Source: Candidatus Beckwithbacteria bacterium (GTDB lineage Bacteria; Patescibacteriota; Microgenomatia; UBA1400; CG1-02-47-37). From it: a DNA stretch of 55,519 nt. The position numbers were made by a program, and so were the translations under genes. Shown here in pieces: positions 36,697 through 45,630 of this stretch. The notes below the pieces were generated by a model. That model saw nothing but the letters and a program-made list of their open reading frames with translations, ran no database searches and was not told where the DNA came from. How positions within the stretch are numbered: the stretch's first letter is position 1; each line of letters begins with the position of its first letter. The stretch lies in contig JAZDKF010000024.1 of assembly GCA_043803225.1 (NCBI GenBank), forward strand, positions 1 to 55,519, given 5' to 3'.

Positions 36697-37553
36697 ATTT
36701 TTTGAGCAACTCTTAACTTGGCGCTTCTTGAGCGCGGATTGGCTTTGATCTCGGCTTTGGTAGGAGTGAGCGGTTTTTTGGTCAAAATAGTTAGCTCTGA
36801 ATTTGATTTCATAAAGTTTTTAACGATCCGGTCTTCCAGCGAATGAAAGCTGATGACAGCTAAATGACCTTTGGACTTTAACAGATTAACTGCCTGGGGT
36901 AGAACCGCAGTCAAGTTGTTCAACTCGTCGTTAACGGCAATTCTTAAGGCCTGAAAGATCCTAGTGGCCGGATGGATTCGGCCTGACCGGCCAAATGCCT
37001 GAAGACAGAGATCAGCTAACTGTTTGGTGGTGGTAATCGGCTGTACCAGCCTGGACTTAACGATTAAATCGGCCAATTTAGCAGCGTGCGGTTCTTCACC
37101 AAGCTTTAAGAAAAGTTGTTTTAACTCTCCCTGATTTAAACCGTTAACTAGGTCAGCAGCTTTAACCGAGTAACTGGGGTCAGCGCGCATATCTAAAAGG
37201 CCCTCTTGTTGAAAGGAGAAGCCCCGGTTAGGATCAGCTAGCTGTTCGCTGGACAGTCCCAGATCCATGAGGATACCGGAGAATTCAGTTTGGTTAAAAG
37301 CCTTAGCAGCCTGAGTTAATTGGCTAAAATTGAGCAGTAAAAGCTTAACAAAAGCGTGTGGGCAGGCCTTTTCTAGGCGCGCTTTTGAGCGTTTTAAGGC
37401 ATCAGGATCAATATCCAGGCCATAAAGATGGCCACCTTGTATAACTATTTCCAGGCCGTGGCCAGCGCTACCAAGAGTGCAATCAAGGTAGGCTTCACCC
37501 GCCTTTACCTGTAAAAGTTTAAGCGTGAGTTGTAAAAGAACGGGTTGGTGCAG
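36693..37553 (-). CDS. rsmH: 16S rRNA m4C1402 methyltransferase (start uncertain: CTG 37553 or ATG 37595)
   Basis: HQPVLL, DCTLGSAGH, DLGLSS.QL, RGFSF, LDMR, FQALRIAVN.EL, FHSLEDRIVK, NPRSRSAKLR. Confidence 0.96.
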   Translation of the reverse strand: MHQPVLLQLTLKLLQVKAGEAYLDCTLGSAGHGLEIVIQGGHLYGLDIDPDALKRSKARLEKACPHAFVKLLLLNFSQLTQAAKAFNQTEFSGILMDLGLSSEQLADPNRGFSFQQEGLLDMRADPSYSVKAADLVNGLNQGELKQLFLKLGEEPHAAKLADLIVKSRLVQPITTTKQLADLCLQAFGRSGRIHPATRIFQALRIAVNDELNNLTAVLPQAVNLLKSKGHLAVISFHSLEDRIVKNFMKSNSELTILTKKPLTPTKAEIKANPRSRSAKLRVAQKI

Positions 37554-37968
37554 AAAGCTTCTCCCCCAACTTGGTAATGTTTTGCTGTAAATCATGCTGG
37601 TACTTCTGCCATTTGGCTTCCTGCCAGAGTTCGACCCGGTTACCGACGCCGACAAAAACAACTTCTTTGACAATGGCGGCATAGTCGCGTAAGGGCTTGG
37701 GGATGACAAACCGACCTTGGCCGTCGAGTTCGGCTTCAAAAGCGCTGCCGAGTAAAAATCGATCCATTACCCGGGCCGGCCCGAGGGTCGATCCTTGGCC
37801 GGTCATCTGGCCGACAACCTCTTGCCACTCTTTAACTGAGACAATCATGAGGGAGTTTTCATAACCGGCGGTAACGACAATTTTTGAACCTAAAATCCGC
37901 TTAAATTTAACCGGCAAGGCGGCTCTGCCCTTGGGATCGACTTTAGTTGAGTATTGGCCGATTAACAT
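37519..37968 (-). CDS. mraZ: dcw transcriptional repressor MraZ
   Basis: MLIG.Y...VD.KGR..LP, LD.QGR..IP..LR.YA, VGVG.RVELW. Confidence 0.97.
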   Translation of the reverse strand: MLIGQYSTKVDPKGRAALPVKFKRILGSKIVVTAGYENSLMIVSVKEWQEVVGQMTGQGSTLGPARVMDRFLLGSAFEAELDGQGRFVIPKPLRDYAAIVKEVVFVGVGNRVELWQEAKWQKYQHDLQQNITKLGEKLSAPTRSFTTHA

Positions 37969-37974
37969 AATTCA

Positions 37975-38026
37975 CCACTTTCTTCCACTTTGATACACTT
38001 TAATCTATTTTTCACAACATTGTCAA
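37975..38026 (-). promoter_or_regulatory. Pmra promoter with three MraZ-binding direct repeats
   Basis: Minus strand TTGACA (38021-38026), 18-nt spacer, TAAAGT (37997-38002). AAAGTGT/AAAGTGG/AAAGTGG at exact 10-bp spacing (37995, 37985, 37975) overlap the -10 and leader. Confidence 0.85.
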
Positions 38027-38081
38027 CCCCAAGTTTTCACGAAGATAGACAAAGAAGACAAGAGAGATTAAACTGATAATT

Positions 38082-38471
38082 ATGTCGAAAACTGCTAAAG
38101 GGATTGTTTTTTTATTAGCTTCGGCTTTAACCTACAGTTCTTTACCGGTGTTTATCCGTTTCCTAAGTGCAGAAAAAATCCAGCCAATGTCCCAGGTATT
38201 ATTAAGATACTTGTTTGCTTTTGGCGCAGCTTTGGGTTACTTTAAAATTTCCAAGGCTAAGTTTTTACTGGAGAAAAAGACTTTTCTCCTGTTAATCATC
38301 CTGGCAGTATTTGGCTATGCCTTAACGAATTTGTTTTTTACCTACGGCATGATCTATACTCAAGTCTCCACCGCTTTATTTATTTTTTATTCATTTGCGA
38401 TTATTACTCCGTTATTAGCCTATTTTTTTCTAACAGAGTTTAAAGAATACGGCTTTATTTCACCACGATAA
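38082..38471 (+). pseudogene. Truncated EamA/DMT transporter (about 4 TMs of the first repeat)
   Basis: KG..F...SA, LRY, Y..T.VS.A, TPLLAYFFL.E; then reads into the antisense end of the neighbouring gene. Promoter TAGACA-17-TAAACT at 38046-38074. Confidence 0.6.
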
Positions 38472-39237
38472 AGGTGCCGAAGGCGGCGGCTGGGGCGGAA
38501 ATTTTGCCATCAGCAATCGTAGCGGTTAATTCCTGCCAAACTTTCCCAGTCCAGAAAAGCAACTTGGCTTCGGTTAAATCTTCTTTGGATTTAATGCTAA
38601 TGGTGGCATTAGAGAGAACTGGAGAGGAAGCGGCTAAAAAGGCATAAGGCCCGGCAATAATCTGGCTGGTAACCGCTTGGGGTAAGCCCATGGTAGAAGC
38701 GATAATTACATAAGTGCCTGAAGCCAAACCGGTTTTGCCGACGTCCAAAGTCGCTTTAATATCCTTAGAGGTAAAGATTCCCTGACGATCAAACATATTT
38801 TGAAGATTGAAGTCTGATTTCAAAACGTACGGTTGGTCGCCGCCTTCAAATCTTAAAGTCAAAGAACCGCCGGAAACGCCTTCATCATACTTGCATTTGC
38901 CTTTGGAGCAGGAGCCAAACAATAGGTTTTTAGCCACCGGAGTTGGTTCTTTGGCAAAATCAATCGTGCCAAACACGCCCTGAATCAAACTTTCGGCCTG
39001 ATATTCCAGTTCATACTCAACCGTAGCCGCGTTCTTGACCGCATCTATGCCTAAAACCACTTCCTTACCGTCAGAACGGGGGGTAAGGGTGACAAAGGGA
39101 CGATCAGCCACTGCCAACTGGTTAATAGTTTCAACCGGGCGAGTCGGAGTTTGAACGGTTGGAGAAGCTTTCTTTTTACAACCGGATAAGGAAATCGTAA
39201 AAACAAAAATCAATAAGAGATAAAGGACTTTTTTCAT
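38455..39237 (-). CDS. Putative lipoprotein, unknown function
   Basis: MKK + hydrophobic stretch + LSGC lipobox; CS.G.C motif; beta-rich. Confidence 0.75.
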   Translation of the reverse strand: MKKVLYLLLIFVFTISLSGCKKKASPTVQTPTRPVETINQLAVADRPFVTLTPRSDGKEVVLGIDAVKNAATVEYELEYQAESLIQGVFGTIDFAKEPTPVAKNLLFGSCSKGKCKYDEGVSGGSLTLRFEGGDQPYVLKSDFNLQNMFDRQGIFTSKDIKATLDVGKTGLASGTYVIIASTMGLPQAVTSQIIAGPYAFLAASSPVLSNATISIKSKEDLTEAKLLFWTGKVWQELTATIADGKISAPAAAFGTFIVVK

Positions 39238-40520
39238 AGTTTTTCTTGAAAGTATTTAATTAAATTACTAATTTTAATTCTTGCCTGCTTCATAGTATCC
39301 CGATCGCGGACAGTAATGGTTTGATCCTTAAGCGTGTTAAAATCAATAGTCACACACCAAGGCGTACCGGCTTCGTCCTGGCGGCGGTAGCGTTTGCCAA
39401 TATTAGCGTTATCATCCCAAATAGTGGAATATTTCTGGCTCAACTCTTGGAATACTTTTCTGGCTACTTTAACTAATTCTGTTTTATTATTCAAAAGCGG
39501 AAAGACGGCCACTTTGTAGGGAGCGACTTTAGGAGCGAGTTTTAAAACTACCCGATCGTTTTCTTCACAGTAAGCATCGATAAGCATAACCAGTAAAGTG
39601 CGGGATAAACCAAAGGTTGGTTCGATCACATGGGGAATAAACTTCTGGTTGGTTTTCGGATCAGTATAATTCAAGTCAACACCGCTTTTAGCCATGTGAT
39701 TTTTCAAATCAAAATCTGTCCGGTAAGCACAGGCAAACCATTCTTTAAAACCAAATGGAAATTCGTATTCCAAATCTTCGGTCCGCTTGGAGTAATGCGA
39801 GAGCTCATCAGGCGAGTGCCGGCGCCATTTCAGCTTCTTAGAATTAACCCCTAAAAGTTTGGCAAAGGCTTCAATTTCTTGCTTCCAAAACGTAAACCAT
39901 TTTTCCCATTCTTTCTCGCGGATAAAAAACTCAAATTCAGCCAGTTCAAACTCTAAAGTTCTAAAGACATTTTGGCCGGTAGTAATTTCATTGCGAAAGA
40001 CCTTACCGGATTGAGCCAAGCCAAAGGGGAGTTTCGGGGCAAAAGTATCTAAGATATTTTTAAAATCAACAAACATGCCCTGGGCTGTCTCCCCTCTTAA
40101 ATAGGCTAGTGACTGGTTTTTAGCGACAATCCCTATTTGGGTTTTAAATAACAAGTTGAACTGGGAAGGCTCAGTCCAATCAGAAGCACCGCAGTTGGGG
40201 CAGTTCTTATCCACCTGCTGGTCGACCCGCTGGCGCTGATGGCAACTTTTACACTCAACTAAGGTGTCAGTGAAGCTAGCGGTATGGCCGGAGGCTTCCC
40301 AAACACGAGGACTCATTAACACTGAAGTGTCTAAACCATAGATGTTTTCCCGGCTGGTAACAAAAAACTGCCACCAAAGATTTTTAATGTTTCTAAGCAG
40401 TTCTGTGCCAAGCGGGCCATAGTCATAGGTATTGGCCAGACCGCCGTAGATTTCTGAACCGGGAAAGATAAATCCCCGGCGTTTGGCCAGCGCAGTAACT
40501 TTTTTAAGCAAATCGTTCAT
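39234..40520 (-). CDS. glyQS: Glycine--tRNA ligase, alpha2 (eukaryote/archaea-like) type
   Basis: RRGF..P.SEIYGG, DYGPLG, LRGETAQG.F, FRNEIT, VIEP.FG..R, IGKRYRRQDE.GTP. ATG 40520 is preceded by TACAAT 6 nt upstream. Confidence 0.97.
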   Translation of the reverse strand: MNDLLKKVTALAKRRGFIFPGSEIYGGLANTYDYGPLGTELLRNIKNLWWQFFVTSRENIYGLDTSVLMSPRVWEASGHTASFTDTLVECKSCHQRQRVDQQVDKNCPNCGASDWTEPSQFNLLFKTQIGIVAKNQSLAYLRGETAQGMFVDFKNILDTFAPKLPFGLAQSGKVFRNEITTGQNVFRTLEFELAEFEFFIREKEWEKWFTFWKQEIEAFAKLLGVNSKKLKWRRHSPDELSHYSKRTEDLEYEFPFGFKEWFACAYRTDFDLKNHMAKSGVDLNYTDPKTNQKFIPHVIEPTFGLSRTLLVMLIDAYCEENDRVVLKLAPKVAPYKVAVFPLLNNKTELVKVARKVFQELSQKYSTIWDDNANIGKRYRRQDEAGTPWCVTIDFNTLKDQTITVRDRDTMKQARIKISNLIKYFQEKL

Positions 40521-40534
40521 GAAGCAATTGTAAA

Positions 40535-41221
40535 TCAATAGTGGAAACTAGTAAACGGCTGCTTGTCTTTTTTTAAGACAAAGACTTTACCGGTAATATC
40601 TTTCTGGCACAAATCAACTAGAAATTTCGCAACTATTTTCGGATCAATAGCCTCATTCAGATACTGGGGAAAGAATTTTTTATAAGCCAGAGTGGCGCAG
40701 TCAGAGGGAGAAACGGCATTAACTTGAATGTTCAGACGTTCTAATTCCTGGGATAAACCGACAGTCAGGTCTTCAATTGCCCGCTTGGAGACATAGTAAG
40801 GTAGCCAGCCTTTAGCGCCGGATTTAAAAGTGCCGGAAATATTAATTATCTTGGCCTTTTTGGGCATTAACGGCAATAAGCCATGAATTAATAATGCTGG
40901 AGCAATGGTGCCGACCATAAAAGTGTCTAAAATAATTTTTTGAGGAAATTTTTCCAGATCTTTATTAGCGTAGACTTCGTTAGTTCCATGCCAAATGCCG
41001 GCCAAGTTGACCAAAACATCAACTTGTTTAGTTGAAGATTTAATTTTCTTGATTAAAGAATTGATTGAATCAAAATTACTTAGATCAGCCGGGATAATAT
41101 TTAAATTCGATGATTTACTCCGACTGGTTAAGATTAAGCGATAACCTGCTTTCTTAAGCGCGGAACTGACTGCTTGGCCTAAACCGCTGCTGGCACCGGT
41201 AACTACAGCTAGTTTTTCCAT
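40535..41221 (-). CDS. Short-chain dehydrogenase/reductase
   Basis: TGASSGLG, VN.AG, INIS, YYVSK (YxxxK), VNAVSP; ATG 41221 preferred. Confidence 0.9.
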   Translation of the reverse strand: MEKLAVVTGASSGLGQAVSSALKKAGYRLILTSRSKSSNLNIIPADLSNFDSINSLIKKIKSSTKQVDVLVNLAGIWHGTNEVYANKDLEKFPQKIILDTFMVGTIAPALLIHGLLPLMPKKAKIINISGTFKSGAKGWLPYYVSKRAIEDLTVGLSQELERLNIQVNAVSPSDCATLAYKKFFPQYLNEAIDPKIVAKFLVDLCQKDITGKVFVLKKDKQPFTSFHY

Positions 41222-41508
41222 AAATAAATTCCCAGCATGATCAGCAAACTGAAACCAGTCAACCAAGCGGCGGTGAGAAGGACGAGTTTGATGGATTGAT
41301 CTGGTTTATTGGTTTTAAGATAAAGCTTAACTGGATAACCAAAAACGATCAAACCGCAGATAAGGGCGGAAGTAGTTAAGATTATCAGCATTAAAAACGG
41401 GCCGAGGAAGTTAGGGACGCGGCCAAACCATTGCTCGCCGCGCCAAAAAATAAGAGCCACCAAGCTGCAGTAAGCGGTCAGTCCCAATGCTTGAAAAAAA
41501 GCAATCAT
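41209..41508 (-). CDS. Small 3-TM membrane protein
   Basis: Three hydrophobic segments; TATAAT 6 nt before the ATG. Confidence 0.7.
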   Translation of the reverse strand: MIAFFQALGLTAYCSLVALIFWRGEQWFGRVPNFLGPFLMLIILTTSALICGLIVFGYPVKLYLKTNKPDQSIKLVLLTAAWLTGFSLLIMLGIYLWKN

Positions 41509-41520
41509 AAGTTGATTATA

Positions 41521-42051
41521 CTATTTTATTTTTTTGGCATTAAGAGTTTTTTCGGTAATGGCATAAATATGGGCTTCTAAGGCTTCCTGGGAAATGGTTT
41601 GAGGTAGGCCAAACCCCAGAATTTCCAACAACTTTTGTTCAAAGTTTAAGATAAGGTTCTGAGGAGCAACAGCAGCATTCAATTGGGATAAAGATCTAAT
41701 CAGGAGGTGGTAAACTGCAGAGTTTTCCTGGTTTTCCGCAGTGAGTTGATCGATCAGCTCGGCAAAAAGATAGGCAATCCGAACCCGATTGAGATTTTTG
41801 CGTAAAACCGGAAAGTTGTTAATAGTGGCGGCTTCGGTGATTAAATCGAGATTTTTAGCGGCAACACAACTTAGACTAACTAGGGTAAAGGCTTCCAGAT
41901 GGCCGCGTTTCCGGGAAGTTAACCGGCGGACACCTTTGGCCATTAATCTTAATTTTCCTTGCTGTTGAGTAAAGATGGTTAATAGCCGATCTGCCTCCCC
42001 TAAATTTATCTGCCGGAGAACGACACCGACAGCTTTATAGGTTTTGATCAT
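41521..42051 (-). CDS. recO: DNA repair protein RecO (short form)
   Basis: GVVLR...GEADR...FT...GK....KGVRR..SR..G.LE.F, FE.KLL..LGF. Confidence 0.93.
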   Translation of the reverse strand: MIKTYKAVGVVLRQINLGEADRLLTIFTQQQGKLRLMAKGVRRLTSRKRGHLEAFTLVSLSCVAAKNLDLITEAATINNFPVLRKNLNRVRIAYLFAELIDQLTAENQENSAVYHLLIRSLSQLNAAVAPQNLILNFEQKLLEILGFGLPQTISQEALEAHIYAITEKTLNAKKIK

Positions 42052-43938
42052 TTAAAAACTGATCTCTTTATCAGCTTCCAAGCTAAAGGTCTGTTGATTA
42101 TTGCCTAAACTGACCGTGTAAGGAACATTTTTAGTCCCAGGTTGTTTTTGAATTAAGAGCTTGTAAGCTTTAGTTTTGTCAGCTTTAAACGGCAAGCGGT
42201 ATTTAATAATCAGTTTGGCTTTTGACTGGGGCCGAAGTTCAACAAAGGCTTCGATATAGGTTTTACCCAGGTCTTTATCGGTTTTAGCGGCAATGTCAGA
42301 GCCTAAAACTTCGACGATTTGACTGCCTTCAGGCACGTAGAGACGGATCCAGTCCCGTAAAATTCCGTTTAGACACAGACCACCGGTTTCTAAGTTACAA
42401 TCGTCAGGCGGTTCAGGGTTTTTGTATTCAACGGTCACAGTTTTGGTAATTGTACCGTCAGCACTGATATCAATTACCTGATCAACTGTCTGTTCGACGT
42501 AAAGATTGGACTTGGCGCCGGCAAAGTTGGTATCGTTTAAATGAAAGTAATCGCCGTTAAATTCTTTGATCCTGCCGGAAGCATTAAAGGCTTCAGCGAC
42601 TGCTTGCATTTGGTTGTTATCGCCGGGAAAGTAAAACATCAGGTGTTTTTCGTTGATGTTAATTAAACCGATTTCCAAAAATTTCGGCCAGAGTTTTTTA
42701 GGCGAGTTCATGACATTAAGTAAAATCGAGTGCATTAAGGGACCGATCATCCCCTTACGGTTCTCTTTAATATAGTAAGTTGGCCGGGTGGCATAGTCTT
42801 CCATTTTATAAACAACCTGAGGACAGTTGCATTCAGGGACAATTTTGGCGCTGTAATTCCCCCAATCAGCTACGCCGATTTCCCCTAAAATATCTAATAA
42901 ATCAACCAGGATTTGGGTATCGATGGCAATGATGCCATTTACGTCTTTGATAGGCGCCACGGCTTGATAGTTAGGATAAAAAGTATCCATAGAAACCTTA
43001 AAATCCGGAGACAGATTCATATCCCTAAGGTGCCAGTTGTAAACCAGGGGCAAAAATCTTTTTATCGGTTCAGGGGCAGGCAGACGGTTGCCAAAACGGC
43101 TGTCCAGTTCATAGATATCCAGAGTGGTTTGAGGAGTAATCTTGCCTTTAAAGGTTTCCAAAATTGCGTAAGCGGTTATAAATCCGCCAGTGGGGCGGAG
43201 TTCAGCGTCATTTTGGAATAAGAGCAAGTACTTTTTAGCATCCGGTTCACCCAGCAAAGTGGGCAGTAAAGCCAGCAATGGCTTAATGTTAGCCAAGGCT
43301 TCCTGGCTACTGCTTAAACCTAACTGAAGATTGATCAGCTGTTGACGGACAGGCTGACCTTTAAAGCTTTGCGGGTAGTGTTTCGGTTTAATTTGGCTGA
43401 TCTCTGATTCAACTTGAGTTATTTTAACGCTGATAGCTTCCATTTGCGGAGAGATCTTATCCAAAGTTTGCAAAATAAAGATAATTTTTTCTTCGGCTGA
43501 CTGAATGTTGAGCGAGGCTTCAGTCCCGCTAAAACCTAAAATATCAGCATAAGGTTTGATTGACTCAACTACCAGACTGACAGCTTGAAGTCCTGGCTGA
43601 GCGGCTCTTAAGCCGTACCGGACATCATTGATATAACCACCGATTCCGGGAACAAACCTTAAAAAAGAGATGAGTTTAAACTTGGAGTTAATTGTATCTA
43701 AGTTGGATTGAGCAGTAATCAGGCTGGCTTCAGCTCCCCTTAAATCTTTTGTTTGCAAACTATTGCTGGCAGATTTAAGGGAACTAATTAAACTTACGGC
43801 CGAGTTTTTAGAGATTAAGCCAATAATTAAAATGTAAAGAAAAATTAATAGATAAAAACTAATAATACCGAGACCAATAAAAATAAACCGACGGGGAGTT
43901 TTTGAAAGCTGGGGAAGTTTTAAGTTTAGTTTTACCAT
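42052..43938 (-). CDS. DUF4012 domain membrane-anchored protein
   Basis: N-terminal TM, coiled coil, YLLLFQN.AELRPTGGF, RD.N.SPDF, K..LYV, R.YVP.GS, QKQPG. Confidence 0.85.
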   Translation of the reverse strand: MVKLNLKLPQLSKTPRRFIFIGLGIISFYLLIFLYILIIGLISKNSAVSLISSLKSASNSLQTKDLRGAEASLITAQSNLDTINSKFKLISFLRFVPGIGGYINDVRYGLRAAQPGLQAVSLVVESIKPYADILGFSGTEASLNIQSAEEKIIFILQTLDKISPQMEAISVKITQVESEISQIKPKHYPQSFKGQPVRQQLINLQLGLSSSQEALANIKPLLALLPTLLGEPDAKKYLLLFQNDAELRPTGGFITAYAILETFKGKITPQTTLDIYELDSRFGNRLPAPEPIKRFLPLVYNWHLRDMNLSPDFKVSMDTFYPNYQAVAPIKDVNGIIAIDTQILVDLLDILGEIGVADWGNYSAKIVPECNCPQVVYKMEDYATRPTYYIKENRKGMIGPLMHSILLNVMNSPKKLWPKFLEIGLININEKHLMFYFPGDNNQMQAVAEAFNASGRIKEFNGDYFHLNDTNFAGAKSNLYVEQTVDQVIDISADGTITKTVTVEYKNPEPPDDCNLETGGLCLNGILRDWIRLYVPEGSQIVEVLGSDIAAKTDKDLGKTYIEAFVELRPQSKAKLIIKYRLPFKADKTKAYKLLIQKQPGTKNVPYTVSLGNNQQTFSLEADKEISF

Positions 43939-44549
43939 TTGGACAGCATGGCTTTTGGCGTCTTACATAATATTAGCAAATCTTTCAACAAATTACACCT
44001 TTGAGCATAAGCCAGATCGATTTTGGCCCGCTGATCAAAGGCAATCTCGTTTCTGCCTGAAGTCTGCCAAGGACCGGTGATGCCGGGTTTAACTGAAAGA
44101 ATCGTAGGGATCCAGGCTTTAGTTCGTGGATATTTTTTGGTTTGTTCTACCAGCTCTTTTTTAATGTATGCCCGAGGGCCAACCAAACTCATTTCACCTT
44201 TAATGACGTTAAAAAATTGGGGGAATTCATCAATGGTAAGGTTTCTTAAAAACCGACCGAACTTAGTAATCCGGGGATCGTTTTCCAGTTTCCAGTCGCC
44301 TTTTTTAAATTTGTTTAAAAGACGCTTGTCCTTTTTATATAAAACTTCGTCAGCGTCCTGAATCATAGTTCGGAATTTATAGAGTTTAAACTGACGGCCA
44401 TTCTTACCGACCCGAAGATGATAGTAAAAAACCGGCGAACCAGAATCTATCAGAATCGCTAAAGGCACTAACAGCCAAACTGGTAGAAAGAAAATAATTA
44501 AAACCAGGCTACAAACAATATCCATCAGCCGCTTTAGCTTAAGATTCAT
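43932..44549 (-). CDS. Priming sugar-phosphate transferase (Bac_transf)
   Basis: KR.MD, RVGKNG..F..YKFRTM, DPRIT..G.FLR...DE.PQ..NV..GEMSLVGPR, KPGITG.WQ.SGR. Confidence 0.95.
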   Translation of the reverse strand: MNLKLKRLMDIVCSLVLIIFFLPVWLLVPLAILIDSGSPVFYYHLRVGKNGRQFKLYKFRTMIQDADEVLYKKDKRLLNKFKKGDWKLENDPRITKFGRFLRNLTIDEFPQFFNVIKGEMSLVGPRAYIKKELVEQTKKYPRTKAWIPTILSVKPGITGPWQTSGRNEIAFDQRAKIDLAYAQRCNLLKDLLILCKTPKAMLSKW

Positions 44550-45630
44550 AAAGAATATTATACAGTTGCTTAACTTTTGGAGCGTCTTTCAGAGAACAAA
44601 CTAGTAATCCTTGTTTGGTGTCAACAACAATCATCCCATCCAGGCCGATTAAACCCATTTGGCCGAGGTCTTTACTAACCACTAAACAGTTTTTACTTTC
44701 CAGAAGCTGAGCCTTGCCGATCACCACATTGTTATCTTTATCTTTGGGCAGACCGTGATATAAAAGCTCCCAGGTTCCAACATCGATCCAGCCCATATCC
44801 ACCGGCACTTCCCATTGGCTTTTAGGCGGTAATTTAACAAATAGGCCGTAGTCAACCGATTGTTTGGCAAACTGAGGGTAGATTTTATCCAGTATGGCGT
44901 TGAATTGATCTGTATCAATATGGGGCTGAATTTTTTGAATCAACTGATAGGCCCCGGGCGCATATTTTTGATAGTAGCTTAACAGCAAGCTAGGTTTGGT
45001 GGCCATGTAGCCAACATGGATTAAATATTTTTTCGAAGCAAAAAACTTTTTAGCAAGAGCTTCATTGGGTTTTTCAACTTGGTGAAGAAATTCATAAACC
45101 TGAAAGCCATTAACTTTTTGGAGTTTAGCCCCGATTTCGATCCAGCCATTGTGAACTGATGGGTAGGTTGGCGGAGTATCGACATGAATAATTAAGTTAT
45201 TTTCATAAGCTAACTGGGCGGCGGTTCTAATGGCAGATAAGAATTTAGCTTCTTTTTGAACCACATGGTCAGCTCCCCAGAGAATTACCATGACGGCTTC
45301 GGGATGGCGTTTGGCAATAATCGCAGTAGCTAAACCAATAGCGCCTAGGTTATCCCGCATCGCCGGTTCTAAAATAAAGTTATTTAAAGGCACTTCCGGA
45401 GCCTGAGTAGTTAAGTGCTGGGAAAAGTCAGCGCTCGTAGCAATATAGATATCTTTAGATTTAAAACCTTTTAAGACCCGATCGATCGTCTGGCGAAACA
45501 TGGATTTTTTACCCAAGAAGTTCTCAAACTGTTTAGGATGGGACAGGTTGCTGATCGGCCACATTCTGGTGCCTTTACCGCCGCACATGATTAAGATCTT
45601 TACCGGAATTTTTCTTGGTGTTGTTGCCAT
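44539..45630 (-). CDS. manC: Mannose-1-phosphate guanylyltransferase-like
   Basis: GG.GTRMWP.S....PKQF, EP..R, ADH, EKP, S.DY, W.D.G.W. Confidence 0.85.
   Translation of the reverse strand: MATTPRKIPVKILIMCGGKGTRMWPISNLSHPKQFENFLGKKSMFRQTIDRVLKGFKSKDIYIATSADFSQHLTTQAPEVPLNNFILEPAMRDNLGAIGLATAIIAKRHPEAVMVILWGADHVVQKEAKFLSAIRTAAQLAYENNLIIHVDTPPTYPSVHNGWIEIGAKLQKVNGFQVYEFLHQVEKPNEALAKKFFASKKYLIHVGYMATKPSLLLSYYQKYAPGAYQLIQKIQPHIDTDQFNAILDKIYPQFAKQSVDYGLFVKLPPKSQWEVPVDMGWIDVGTWELLYHGLPKDKDNNVVIGKAQLLESKNCLVVSKDLGQMGLIGLDGMIVVDTKQGLLVCSLKDAPKVKQLYNILYES

Noticed and set aside
37772-37804. GC-rich inverted repeats in mraZ (encoding GQGSTLGPAR)
   Set aside because: Even-centred geometry unlike the family, and the MraZ segment appears to be of normal length, so there is no sign of an insertion.
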